Origin: the human T2T-CHM13v2.0 reference genome, Homo sapiens
DNA: 64,000 nt
Direction: 5' to 3' (one strand)
Assembly (NCBI RefSeq): GCF_009914755.1
Contig: NC_060936.1
In this document: positions 26,206 through 42,303 of the stretch, in pieces
How the letters are laid out: every line of letters begins with the position of its first letter
How positions within the stretch are numbered: the stretch's first letter is position 1
Program-made: the position numbers and the translations under genes
The notes under the pieces: generated by a model
Told to the model about the DNA's origin: nothing
Databases searched by the model: none
Seen by the model: only the letters and a program-made list of their open reading frames with translations

Positions 26206-26383
26206 GCCCACAGCTGGTTGGATTGTGCCCCGTGCTTGTTGAAGGTGGATCTTCCTCACTCAGTCCATTGACTGACAGGTCAGTCTCCCCTGGAAACACC
26301 CTTGCAGATACATTCAGAAATAATGCTGCACCAGTTTTCTGCTATTAACCCCGTCAAGTTGACACCTAAAATTAACCATCACA
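26206..26383 (-). mobile_element. MLT2 (ERVL LTR), 5' half only
   Basis: gtcaagttgacacctaaaattaaccatcaca is the reverse complement of the MLT2 start. Confidence 0.85.
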
Positions 26384-27600
<1,217 letters not shown>

Positions 27601-28256
27601 TCATGCTAGAACAAACTGATGAATGTATGGATTATGCATAAAACTTTTTTTTTTTGCCATGAATCTGTTAGTAAACATTAGAGAATTCTGTAGAAGAGCA
27701 AACACATAAATAAATAAGCACTTCTTATAGTAGTAGCTTGTAATATTGTTATATAAATATAGCTCAATTAAAAAATAGCTCAAGTTATAGTTTGTAAGTT
27801 TCATTCCAAGCTTCACATGTTTATATATTTACTTATAAATTTTTCATAAAATCTCTTACTCATCTTACATACACAATTTACACGTCACCAAATCAACAGA
27901 AATAAACCTACTAGTACTGAAATATAGCTCAGAATGTGCTCAGTTTTAACATGCTTTAAATTTTTGTTTATATTTTATAATGACTTTTCCCCCGTTTTAA
28001 ACTATTTCTCTGCATGCATTTTTAAACTCTGATTCCCAAACTATGGAAAGGAGTGTCATCTGCAGATCTGACTGAAAATTATATACTAAATTCTTAGCAA
28101 GATTTATTATTTATGGGTGTTTTTCCAAATAATCACATTTTTAAAAACAAGTTCTTTTTAGTCGTTTTAATTTACCATAATAGAAAAACTCCTTTTCTAG
28201 ACTAGAGGTTCTTGGTCCTGATTGTGCATTATAATTATCTGGGTGGCTTGAAAATA

Positions 28257-28724
28257 TAGTAGTCCCCCTTCATCTGGGGGAGATACTTTCTAAGACCCCC
28301 AGTGGGTGCTTGAAATCTCAGGCAGTACCAAACCCCCATAAAGCCTATGTTTTCTTCTATACATAAGTACCTGTGATAAAGTTTAATTTATAAATTAGGT
28401 ACAATAAGGGATTCACAACAATAACTAATAACAAAGTAGAACAATGATAACACTATGCCAGCATTGCTACTCTTGCTTTTGTGCTTTTTAAGTAAAATAT
28501 GGGTTACTTGAGCATAAGCCTTGCGATACTACCACAGTTGATCTGGTAACCGAGATGGCTACTAAGTGACTAAGGGGCAGGTGCTTGCTATTCACAACAG
28601 TGAACAATTTAAAACTCATGAATTGTTTATTTCTGGAAATTTCCAATTTATATTTTTGGACCCTGGTTGTCCATGGGTAACTGAAACTGTAGAAAACAAA
28701 ACTGTGGCTAAGTGGGGACTATTA
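28257..28724. mobile_element. MER44 (Tigger7-derived) DNA transposon
   Basis: TIRs agtagtcccc...ggggactatt with flanking TA; aagacccccagtgggtgcttgaaa. Confidence 0.85.
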
Positions 28725-28935
28725 TAAGGACTGAATTTTGTCAATACTGTTCATCAGCTGCCTTGCTTCGAGTCAGGCCTGGCCTGTCATGTAGGTGACC
28801 ATTCATCTGAAATAATTTTATAGGTACAAAAATTTCGTGTCTATTCATAATAATTTACTTTTCTTCTAATAATACTTGAGTTTTTGTTTTCCTAGAAACA
28901 ACATACACACTCTTCCATCAAAGAGGAAGCTTAAA

Positions 28936-29058
28936 GCCAGGTGTGGCGAGACCTGCGTATAGTCCCTTAGGAAACTGAGGCAGAAGTGTTGCTTGAGGCC
29001 AGGAGTTCAAAGCCAGCCTGGGCAACATAACAAGACTCCTATCTCTCTCTTAGAAAAG
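28936..29058 (+). mobile_element. FLAM monomer
   Basis: gccaggtgtgg...gcttgaggccaggagttc. TSD aagcttaaa. Confidence 0.8.
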
Positions 29059-30217
29059 TAAGCTTAAAATGCAATTTTTCCAATTAAGTGCTTAAAGGGA
29101 AAAGGGAAGAATCACCCAGGTGGACTGTGGTGTAGTGGGGAATGGGCACCTGCAGGGCTCCTGAAAAGCTCAATACAGAATTTTTCCCTTCATAATTTCG
29201 CCATAAACTAGATTGTTCTGCAGGGAAGAAAACATTACTGAATTCAAATTGTTGTTACAGGAAAGAGAGAAGACAAAGTGCCTTCTGGGAGTTTATTATC
29301 TAGTAGAAATGAGAGACTCCTCAGAGTTTATGGAATGTACAGAGAGAGTGTGGACTCTGTTACTGGCCATTAACTTTTCTTGAACATCTGCAAAACTTGT
29401 CTCCATAATACACAGAGCTTTCTATAGAAAGGCTGACTCTGCCTTCTTTAACTTGTACTCCAGAAAGTCATTTAAATTCTGAAAATGTAGAAGAATTTTA
29501 ACAATAGAATTTTCTGGATAATATTTAACTAGAGAACTGAGAAAGACTTATTCTGTGTTTACTGCCTGATTAAGTACAAATCTTTCCATTCTACCAATCA
29601 AAGCGATGCTTGTTTCTGATTTGAAGAAGCCTCGAGAACATATAAAACATAAAATAATGCCTGAGTTTAGTTCAGGGTTATAAATTGAATTATAGACCAA
29701 ACATTTATTAACGTCAAACCAATGCCATCACTGCTGTCATTTTTATCAGTGTTCTCCAAAGAGATATGTGGTAAAAGTGTTCAAATTTTTATTATATTTA
29801 TGTTTTTCTCAAGAAGAAAGTATGCTTTACTAATAACAGATTGATAGTAGTGAATGTATAATATAGTTAATATGTAAATAAATATTTAAAATAAATGTTT
29901 ATACATTGAGGCTGTTATGTTTTAAAAGTTATTACTGATGTGATGCATGATTAAAATTTTAGTGATTTAAATTATTTTGAAAAATAGTGACTTACATGTC
30001 AGGAGAACTAGGTTATGTACTGCTGCCTTTTTTGCAGATGACAGTTCTGACCTACAGGGAATGGAAGCAGTCTAAAAAGAATCATTTGTGATGCTCTCTC
30101 TTTCCTCACCTGGAACATAAATGCTTTGTAGTCATAGCCATTTGGGGTGGCCTCTGTCTCACCTGTGGTTTGAGGTTTCTGTTCACAGACAATTGACCTC
30201 TATTCACCGGAAGGAGT

Positions 30218-30340
30218 CTCAGAATGTCCCAGGTGAAAGGCACCTCAGAGATTTGTTCTACCTTCTTATTTTAAATACGGATAAATATGGACCAAAGGCA
30301 GAAGTAATGAAAATATGTATTTAAAGTAATTCAGCTAAGA
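30218..30340. mobile_element. MIR fragment
   Basis: Degenerate match to the MIR core (agaatgtc...aaaggcacctcagagat...ttatttta). Confidence 0.45.
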
Positions 30341-32114
30341 AAAGAAGAGAGTTGCTGAATACCACTATAATGGAGCTGTTTTTTATTTTTCTGCAATGCC
30401 TAGTGTGCTGACCAGAGGACAGTGACTATAAGCATACTGAAAGGGCATCTGCTCCCACGTAACCAGATGAAAGGAAATATTGCATATAATCATTGCTTAA
30501 TATTTCTGACAATGGTAATTACCATCTGGCTGGTAGGACTGGAAGGAATCTATAAATATTTAGCTATTTATTAAAAGGAAAGGGAAAGTTAATGTATTCT
30601 TCGTCTCTAGTGGAAAATACGAGCATTTTACACGAGATTTTTTTTCACTTTTTTCTATGTTTTCTGTGTTATATTTGCTTATGAATATAATGAGGATTTT
30701 ATCTGCAGGCTGTTTTTTCAATAAAGACACATTTGTTATTTCAGTATTTTTCTAGCTTCTACATTGACATAGGAAGTGTAAGGTGTATTCCTCAGGAGGC
30801 AAAACTGAATCATGTTAAGTAGTTATTTGAGAAGAATATGCCCAATTACATTCTAATTTAGAAGGCATAGACAATATACACTATAAATGTTCCTGGAAAT
30901 CAATTTGCCTTTCAAATCAATGCTTTCCCAGAGAAATATGGAGAAAATGCTGTAATATTTCATTTCCCTGGCCTCTGACTCCCGAAGCCATTCAGCTGGG
31001 GCTTTTGACAGCAAGTATTTAAGCAATCTTTGTTGCTCCTTTGATTCAGGTTTAGCATTAACCTCTCTCAGGAAGCCTTTGTCTGATATCTTTCTCTATC
31101 ATCCATCCTTTGCGATCAGGCTTTGAATCTGAAATTTCTGGGACTGCTGTGTTCTCGTTTTTTTTTTTTTTTTTTTTTTCTAAAGCTGTACTTCTTCCAA
31201 TCCTCATGTGTGCCAGATCCTGAAATTCTGATGAGTTTTCTGGTACCCTGTCTTGTTCTGTTAGTTGCTTTTCTAAGGACTGCAGTCTGACTCTGGAACG
31301 TCAGTCTTGGCTGGAAACTGCTACTGCATGTTCATAGAGTTACGGTCTGCTCATTGACCATTAAAGGATCTTATTCATCATAAAAGCTTCATACAATATG
31401 ACTCACATTGTTAAGATACTTTTATTAAATGCCTGCATTGTTTTTCACTTCATGGGAGAATTTTTAATGTTAGTTCCCAAAAGAAGGATGGAAGCTTGAT
31501 TCTTCTTGTTATAAAACCATGAGGTTTGGCTCTTGCATACAAGCTCACTTTAAGAGAAAGATAATTAATACTGTACAAATGGACATCAAGCATGAACATA
31601 TTTTACTGTTGACACCAATTTTTAAGTCCTAGATACTTAAAGCAGATGCAGAAGGTTTTTAGCACAAAACATAAAACAACACAGTGCACTTTTAACCTCC
31701 AGAATTCGTGCAGTAGTTAGAGAAGAATGCAGCTGGTTGTCCTGGCATCCGTGGTGCTGTGTTCTGTGTTTTGTAGCTTGGGAGAAGATAGGTCAATGAG
31801 TTTGTTAGCAACAGACTATCAAGCAAATGCAAGCCTCTATCAAAATAATAGCTTATTAATTTTGAACTTTTTCTTTTGAAATAATTTCATATTTACCGGA
31901 AAGTTGAAAAAGCAGTAGAGAAAACTCTAATTTTTTAAACTTATTTTTTATATTTCTTAATTATGCCCCATTAGCCCTTAATACTTCAATGTATATTTTC
32001 TATAAACAAAGAAGTTCACTTTCATAACCATTGGACAGCCATCAAATTCAGTAAATTTAATGCTGATGAAATATTTTTCTGAATATTTCAAATGCATTTA
32101 AGAAGCATACTGTG

Positions 32115-32458
<344 letters not shown>

Positions 32459-32912
32459 TTACTTCTTTCAAAGAAGGCTTGTTTGGTTTTTTTGGTCCAT
32501 TTAATCTGTCCTGTACTGAGTGTTGAGCTAAAATCTTTTATTATTAGTATAGTATTATTTTTATTGCATTGACTGTAATTTTGGCTTTATATAAGTGATT
32601 ACAGTTTTTTGTATGCATAGATTAAATATATACACATGAATTATAAGTTAATTCACATCTTCATTGTGAATTGTAGCATTAGCCATTATAAAACAACTTT
32701 AGTCTCAATTAATAATTTGTAGCCTATATTTCACATTGGGTGATATTAGATCACAACCATGCTTTTTTATTGTTTGAATTTTCCTGATATATCTTTTCTA
32801 TCCTTTTACCTTTTGCCTTTTGAATCATTCTGTTTTAAATGTGTCCATATTGATGGCATAGAGTTGGGTTTTTAAGTTAATTGAAAAGCGTTTTAATAGG
32901 CAAAATCAACCC

Positions 32913-33200
32913 AGGCCTGAGGAGGCCTCAGGAAACTTACAATCGTGGCAGAAGGGGAAGCAAACACATCCTTCTTCTCTGGGGGCAGGAAGGAGAAGTG
33001 CTGAGCAAAAGGGGAAAAGCTGCTTATAAAACCATCAGATCTCATGAGGACTCACTCTCGATATTATGAGAACAGCAGCATGGGGGTAACCATTCCCATG
33101 ATTCAATTACCTCCCACCAGGTCCCTCCCACAACACATGGGGATTATGGGAACTACAATTCAAGATGAAATTTGGGTGGGAACGCAGGCAAACTGTATCA
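32913..33200 (-). mobile_element. THE1 (THE1C-like) LTR, 3' part missing
   Basis: gaggcctcaggaaacttacaatcgtggcagaagg...cttataaaaccatcagatctc...gggtggg...tatca. Confidence 0.88.
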
Positions 33201-33347
33201 ACTGTTTTTGTTCTTTGGAAAAAATGCTCCTTTAGTGTTTAAGAAAGGTTGCATTTAAACTTTCTATAGTCCTCTTAATCCTTTTTTTTTTTTTTTTTGC
33301 CTGATCTTTCACAGTCTGGTTTGTCAGTTTTAAATGATATACCTTGA

Positions 33348-33808
<461 letters not shown>

Positions 33809-35362
33809 TAAATAAAATATATTAAAATGCTCACCACTAGTCTTTTAGCCCCAATTTTTCCAATTATCACTAGATTGTGTATCATTCTGTAATAGATGCT
33901 CAGGAAAGGCACAACTTCTTTCAGTTTATGTGCATTAAAATTTGTTTAGCTTTAATATATGAAGAAGTAATTTAGCTAATAATCTCTTCTCTTGAGGTTT
34001 TGAAAATTTTACTCCACTGTTGCCTTTCTTTATATGGTGCTTTTGATAAGTCTGACGTCAGTACAATTTTCCCCCAATTTTTTACCTTTATGTAATTTTA
34101 TATTTTTGCCTAGAGGCCCAGAAATTTTTCTCACTGACTTTAAAATGTGGTAGTTTTATTAACCTAAATCTTAGAGTAAACCATTTTGTGTCACTTTTTT
34201 CCTCAGATACATAGTGGACACTTTAAGTATGTAGCTCTAAGCTTTCTCCTATTTCTGAAGCCCCTCTTTCCCATTCTTTGGATTACAGATATTAGTTATC
34301 TCTCATTGTGTTGTTTCTGTTCTGAAGAAGTTCAAGTGTATGCATGTTGGATCTTTGTCTTCCATTTCAAACATTTTCTGCCCATTGTAGTTCTTTTCTC
34401 TATCTCATTTCATTTATCTCATTTATCACTTGGTAGTTTTCCTTTCATTCTTAAATGTATCTTATTAAAGTTTCTTCAAATTATTTATTTTTGGGCATCT
34501 TGCAGTTTATCTTTCGTTTCTCAGTTTTGTTTTATTTTTCTTTAATCCTCTCTGAGTTTGAAAAAATCTGGTTGCATTTATTCCTTTCTTGGGTCCATCT
34601 CTGTTTTTTGTTTTTTTAATATTTTAAACGCTTATTGAAAGATATTTAAATAATTTTAGATTGTTGTATTCCATTTTTCCTTTTTGGCTCATTGGGAAAA
34701 GTTTTTACCAGCTGATATGTTCTGAAATATATTTTATATTTCCTTCTTATCCTAGTTTTTTGTGTCATCAATAGGGTTTCTAATTAGGAGTGTCCTCTTC
34801 TGCCAGTCTAGTAAAGTGTAATTTCCTTCACGGATGATTTTTTTTTTTTTTTTTTTTTTGTGGTGGAGGGAGAAGTGAGAAGGAATGATGTTCTTTATTT
34901 CATTTCATTTTTGCAAGATCTTCACGTTTCCAATTTTACTTCCTTTTTTCTTGGACTTTACTGCTACATTTCTAAGGCATTTTCAACACTTTGTTTTTCT
35001 TTTTATTTCATTCTCTCCAGAAACAATGCTTCTAGGACTTGCTATCTCTTCTCCCATTCATTTTCAAGCCCCTTCCCTGTGGCTGTTTCTTTGAATAAAT
35101 GCATACAAGACCAGTGTCTAGTATTTTATTACATAATGTTGGGCCTTTCCTTCTTACAGTATTTATTTTTCCTACTTCATCTAAGTTTGTTGCTTTCCTC
35201 TTCTCTTTTTCAAGGATTTCTTAATACTCCCCTCCCTACTTTTATTACCCATAGACTTACAGAGGCAGATAGAGAGCCAATGATACCTCTGTTGGGTTTA
35301 GGTTTTATTTCTTTAGTGACAGGTAAATTGAATGTTATGGTAATCTCTTTTAGTATTGCTGA

Positions 35363-35640
<278 letters not shown>

Positions 35641-36489
35641 TTTTTATTCACACCTTACTGATAATTTTCTGGGGGGCAAGGATGAATAAACAGATTATGA
35701 TCCTCAATAGCCTTGCTACTTTAAGAGACTAGTGGGTATTTTAATTGATGCTTTATTACTTTGGGCCAGATACTGAAATCCCGTCTCAGGGGAAGCCACT
35801 TATTTTTATATATTTTAATTGAATTTTCTAACAGTTATTCAAATTCTTTAAACATCTATAATGTCCTCAGTTTTATGCTGGCTTCTCATTTATAAAGTAT
35901 TTTAAAAGATTCTTAACTTGTAGGGTTGTGTGAGGACTAAATGAATTAATCCTCATTAACTCATTAATTAATAAGCAATTGCCTCATTTATAACCAAATC
36001 CATTACATTTAATTTCTGACAAAACACAATTTAAAACATCATATAAAAACAAACTACTAATAATTAATTCAGATGTACAAAAAAGCCTTCCTCAAATTAA
36101 TAGTTTATGAAATTTTTTTTCCAAAGGCAAATCAATTTCTGGCATGGGCCAGGACACAGATTCTACAAATAAGAATGGTGTTATTAGTAAATAAAAAGTT
36201 TCTTCATATAGTTGACAAAATTTTGTCCATTCAGCTGCTACCCTTAATCAGTTTTGGCAGTTGGGTCACCTCTATTCATGCTTGTCACATTATTTTGGTC
36301 TTGTCTTAGGCTAGGTTCTTGTTTCCTTCCCTCTGTGTTTGTCTCTCATCATTGTGCTGATCCAGCACAACTTGTACCCAAGTTCTGAGACAGAATAAAA
36401 GAAATCAGGAGATTAATCAAAGATATAGTACAATATTGTAATACTGCAATGAACCTCTTAATAAAAAAATGAGCAAAAACAAACCACAG

Positions 36490-39400
36490 AGTTCATAAAG
36501 TCTAGAAGTGTCTGTTCCATCAAATGTGCAGACATCAAAACAGAACAAAAAGAAACATAAAAAAAATCAAAGAATCATGACATTGCTAAATGAAAATGAA
36601 TACAATAGTTTTCCAGTAACTGGCCTCAAAGAAGTGGAGATTTATTACTTATTTGACAAAGAATTCAAAATCTTTTTTTTAAGAAAGCTCAGCAAAAAAG
36701 AGAACATAGACAACTCAAATAATTCAGAAAACAATGCATGAACAAAATGAGCAGTTCAATAAAGCAACATATATCATTAAAAAAGACATTCTGAAGCTGA
36801 ATATTATAAAAAATGAAACAAAGAATGCAATAGAGAGTATCAACAATAGACTAGACTTGATCAAGCTGAAAAAGAATTTGTGAGCTAGAAGACAAGTCTT
36901 TGAAGACAGAGAAAAAAAGGAAAGGAAAAAAAAGATAAAAATAAATGAAAATGTCTGTGGGAGTTATGAGACTCCATCAAGATAGCTAACTTTTTTCATT
37001 ATAAGAGTCCAAGGAGAAGAGAGAGAGAGAAAGGGGCAGAAAACTTACTTAAAGAAATAATGGCTTAAAACTTTCCAAATCTAGGGTCAGATATGGACTT
37101 GCAGGAGCTTGAACTTTAATGATCTCCACTTAGGTTTAATTCAAAGAGGACTTTACTAAGATATATTATAATCAAACTGTCAAAAATTAATGACAGAGAG
37201 AATGTTGAAAATACCAAGAGAGAAGAAAGTTCTTCACATACAAGAGTAATAAGGCTCCCAGTGGATTTCTTAGCAGAAACTTTGCAGACCAGGAGACACT
37301 GAGATGATACATTCAAAGTGCTGAAAGAAAAGAAAACTGCCAACTGAGAATACTTAACCTTGTAAAGTTGTCTTTCAGAAATGAAGGAGAGATAGAATTT
37401 CCCAGAAAAACAAAAATTCATGAAATTAATCACCACCAGACCTGTCATAAGGAATGCTAAATGGAGTTCTTCAATTTGGAAGAAAGCATAGTAACAAAAA
37501 AAACTTATGACAGTATAAAACTCACTGGTGAAAGTATTTGGTTAAATTCAGAATACTCTAACACTATATAGTTGGTGTGTAAATTACTTACAATTCTAGT
37601 ATAATGATTAAAAGATAAAACTATTAAAAATAAGTATAGCTACAATAATTTGTTAAGGAATACACAATATGAGTAGATATAAATTGAGACATCAAGAACA
37701 TAAAAAGAAAAGTAATGTTGATTTTTTTAAGTGCAATCAAAGTGAAGTTGTTACCAGCTTAAGAGAGCCTATTATAACTACAAGACACTTTGTGTAAGCT
37801 TTATGGTAACAAAAAAGCAACAATCTATAGTATATACACCAAAGATAAAGTAATCACAGAATACCACCACAAAAAAATCATCAAATTGCAAAAGATGATG
37901 GCAAGAGAGGAGGAAAGAAAGAAACTAGGTAACAGCCAGAAAACAATTAAAAATGTCAAGAATAAGTCCCAACTTATTAATAATTACTTTAAATATAAAT
38001 GGATTAAATTCTCCAGTCAAAACCAAGAATGATTTAACAGACGAAAAAAAGACCCAACTATATGCTGCCTACAAGAGGCTCACTTCAGCTTTAAAGATAC
38101 ACATAAACAGAAAGTAAAAGGATAGAAAAAGATATTCCATACAAATGGAAACCAAAGAAAGAGGAGGTAGTTATACTATCAGACAAAATAGACTGTAAGT
38201 CAAAAACTGTAAAATGAGACAAAGAAAGTTATTATATAATGATAAAAGGGCCAATTTATTATGTAAATATAATCATTGTGCATACCTATGTATGCACAGA
38301 TCTGAAGGGAGAGATAGATTCTAATACAATAATAGTAAGGGAATTTCAATATTCTGCTTTCAACAAAGGATAGCTCCTCCAGACACAAAATCAATAAGGA
38401 AATATTGGACATAAACTATCCTTTATGCCAAATGGACCTAACAGATATATACAGTACATTCTATCCAATAGCAGCAGAATGCACATTATTTTTATTTTTA
38501 ATTTTTGTCGATACATAGTAGATACACATATTAATGGGTTATATGAGATATTTTGGTACAGGCACATGATGTGTAATAATCACATTAGGGTAAATGAGGT
38601 ATCCATCACCTCAAGAATTTATCCTTTGTTTTACAAACAATTCAAGTATTATTTTAGTTATTTCAAAATGTACAATTAAATTATTATTGACTGTAGTCAC
38701 TCTGTTGAGCTAGCACATACTAGTTCTTATTCATTCTTTCTAATGATTTTTTTTCTACCCATTAACCTTTCCCATTCTCCCCTCTCCTTCCACTACCCTT
38801 TCCGCCCTCTGGTAACCATCCTTCTACTCTCATTCTCCATGAGTTCAATTATTTTAATTTTTAACTCCCATAAATAAGTGACAGAACATGTGAAGTTTGT
38901 CATTCTGTGCCTGGCTTATTCCACTTTACATAATGATCTCCAGTTCTATTCATGTTGTTGCAAATGACAGAATCTCATTCTTCTTTATGGCTGAATAGTA
39001 CTCCATTGTGTATATGCACCACATTTTCTTTATCCATTCACCTGTTGATGGATACTTTGTTTGCTTCTAAATCTTGGCTATTGTGAATAGTGCTGTAATA
39101 AACATGGGAGTGCAGATATCTCTTCTATATACAAATATCCTTTTTTGGGGGAATATATCTAGGAATGGAATTGTAGATCATACGGTAGCTCTATTTTTAG
39201 TTTTTGAGAAACCTCCAAACTGTTCTCCATAGTGGTTGTACTAATTTATACTCCCAGCAACAGTGTACAAGAGTTCCCTTTTCTCCATGTCCTCACCAGC
39301 ATTTGTTATTGCCTGACTTTTAGATAACAGCCATTCTAACTGTGGTGAGATAGTATTTCATTGTATGTTTGATTTGCATTTCTCTGATGATCAATGATGT

Positions 39401-40578
39401 TGAACACCTTTTCATATATATGTTTGCCATTTGTATGCCTTCTTTTGAAAAATGTCTATTCAGATCTTTTGTCCATTTTTTAGTTGGATTCAGAATACAA
39501 ATTTTTCTAAAGCTCACATGGAATATTCTCCAGGGTAGACAACAAGTTTTGTCACAAAACATGTCGTAACAAATTTAAGAAGATTGAAATAATATCAAGT
39601 ATCTTTTCTAACCACAATGGGATGAAACTAGAAATCAATAATAGGAGGAATTTCAGAAAACTTCTAAATATGTGGAAATTAAACAACACACATCTGAATA
39701 ACCAATGCCTCAAATAAGAAATAAAAAGGGAAATTAAAAGCATTATGAGACAAATGAAAGTGGCAACACAACATATCGAAACTTATAGGATGAGCAAAAG
39801 CAGTTCTGCAAGAGAAGTTTATAGTGATAAATGCCAAAATGAAGAAAAAAGAAAATATCAATAAACCTAACTCTACATCTCAAAAACCTAGAAAAGTAAG
39901 GACAAACTAAATCCTAAGTTAGTAGGAGGAAGAAAACAACAAAAACCAGAACAAAAATACATGAAATAGAGACTGGAAAAACAATAGAGAAGATCAATAA
40001 AACTAAGGGTTTGTTTTTTGAAAAACTAAACAAGATTGTCAAATCTTCAGTTAGACTAAGAAAAGAGAAAGCATACTCAAATAAATAAAATCCAAAACGA
40101 AAGGTGAGACTTTCCAACTGAAACCACAGAAATAGAAAGGATCACAAGAAACTACTACGAATGGTTATACACCACCAATACATTTGTTAACCTAAAAGAA
40201 ATGGATAAATCTCTGGAAACATACAACCTCCAAGACTGAAATGAGGAAGAAATAAAACCTGAACAGACCAATAATGAATAAGGAGATTGAATCAGTAATA
40301 AAAAGTCTCCCTTTAAAAAGAAAAAAAGATAAGCCCAGGACATGATAGACTGACTGCTGAATTCTACCAAACATTTAAAGAAGAACTATTACCATCTTCA
40401 AAGGAGGAAATATTTTCAGATTCGTTTTATAAGGCCAAGACTACCGTGGTAGGAAAGCCAGAGAAGCACAACTTTTAGAAAAGAAAATTACAGGCCAATA
40501 TCGTTGATAAACTTGGATGCAAAAATTTTCAATGAAATATTAGCAAACTAAATTCAAAGCATATTAAAAGGATCATTA
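36490..40578 (+). mobile_element. Old L1M (ORF1, long inter-ORF region, ORF2 to the start of RT), 3'-truncated
   Basis: ORF1-like aaagaaataatggcttaaaactttccaaatct. EN gacccaactatatgctgcctacaagag. Ends at attaaaaggatcatt. Confidence 0.85.
38487..39490 (-). mobile_element. L1MA (MA2/3-like) 3' end inserted antisense into the older L1
   Basis: gtgtaataatcacattagggtaaatgaggtatccatcacctcaag. Degenerate TSD cagaatgcacatt / cagaatacaaatt. Confidence 0.85.
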
Positions 40579-40896
40579 AATACTATGTGCAGCGTGACGG
40601 TATTTCAAAGAGTAAAGGACTGAAGTGGTAAAAGGAAGCATTCCTGTCCTCAACAAATTTTCTCCTTGGACCTGAAGTGACAGGACAGTTTACTATTAAG
40701 GCATCTGGAAAGGAGTTTCAGGCAATGGACAGCAGCTAATGAGTGATGATCTATGGCAGAGGTGAAAGTGCTGCAGAGGGATGTGGGATAACATTTTTGG
40801 TTTCATAATATGTGTTAGAAGAAGCTGAAACTAAAAGATCTGCTGATGGAGGTTGAAGAAGATGCTTGGATTGGGTAAAGATATCCAGTAACATAT

Positions 40897-41203
<307 letters not shown>

Positions 41204-41209
41204 TTAATG

Positions 41210-42140
41210 AATTCCCTATCAATAGACAGTTAATGGACTTTTTGTTTTTACGATGTTGTAATAAATTTCCTTATACCTACATGTACATACACACACACAT
41301 GCACGCACACATTGTATTATTTCCTTAGGAAAATTTTCAAGGAACAAAGTAATTAGGCCAGATGCATCTTATATTTATACCTACGGCAAATCATTTCAAG
41401 AAAGAAATAACAACTTACATTCGAGTGTATAAGAATATCCAATTTGTTTTTAATTTACCCTCATCAGTCCTAGGTATCATCTTTCCTTCAATCTTTTTAT
41501 TTCCACAGAAAAACGATTACACTATTTTAAACATGCATTTAAAAATTATTTGTGATATAATTCATAAGTTCACATTTAATTATTTACATATTCACATTTA
41601 ATTGCCATTTATATTTCTTCGGAGTTACTTGTTCAAATCTATTGTCTCACTATTGTATTGAGATATTTTTATTACTTTATATAGTGATCTGTAAGGGTTT
41701 TTACAATATTAAGAATCTTATCAGGTCTGTAATTTATGTTACATTTTTTCCAGTTTAAAAAAAACCTAACTTTATGATTTTTGTTATAGAGATTTCAGAT
41801 TTTTATGGAGTCAAGTCTTTATGCACTGTGGGTTTGTATAATGCTTAGAAAGATTTCCTCACTTAAATATTATAAGGATAGTTTTCTATGTTTCCTTCCA
41901 GTATTTCGTTTTATATTTTTGTTCAAATCTTAACCTGCATATGAAAAATCATGTAATGGATAATAATGTGTATGTTTATTTTACAAAAAGATAATGACGG
42001 GTTGTTAAATATATTTTTCTTTCTAATTACATTATTTACTATAAGATTAAACAATTTCTCTTGAATTTAAAATGCCATTTGTTTTATCTCAAAATTGTGA
42101 GACATAATTATATTAAATTTTGTGTATTTATTCTAGAATC
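41210..42140 (-). mobile_element. Very old L1ME fragment
   Basis: Degenerate T-rich ORF2 3' motifs (tgcttagaaagatttcc; catcagtcctaggtatcatc). Confidence 0.5.
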
Positions 42141-42303
42141 TCATAAAAATTTCAGCCAGAGCAAAAAGTTAATAAACTACACAGTAAATATAAAAATATG
42201 TAAATGATGTATCAATATAGCAAAAGTTCTGCTTGGATTTTCAAAGAAAAATCAGTCTTGCTTCTATAAGACTATCTACTAATAAGTGAATTTGATTCAT
42301 CTT

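Noticed and set aside
30512-30525. 14-bp perfect palindrome atggtaattaccat
   Set aside because: Palindromes of this length are expected by chance in 64 kb of AT-rich DNA.
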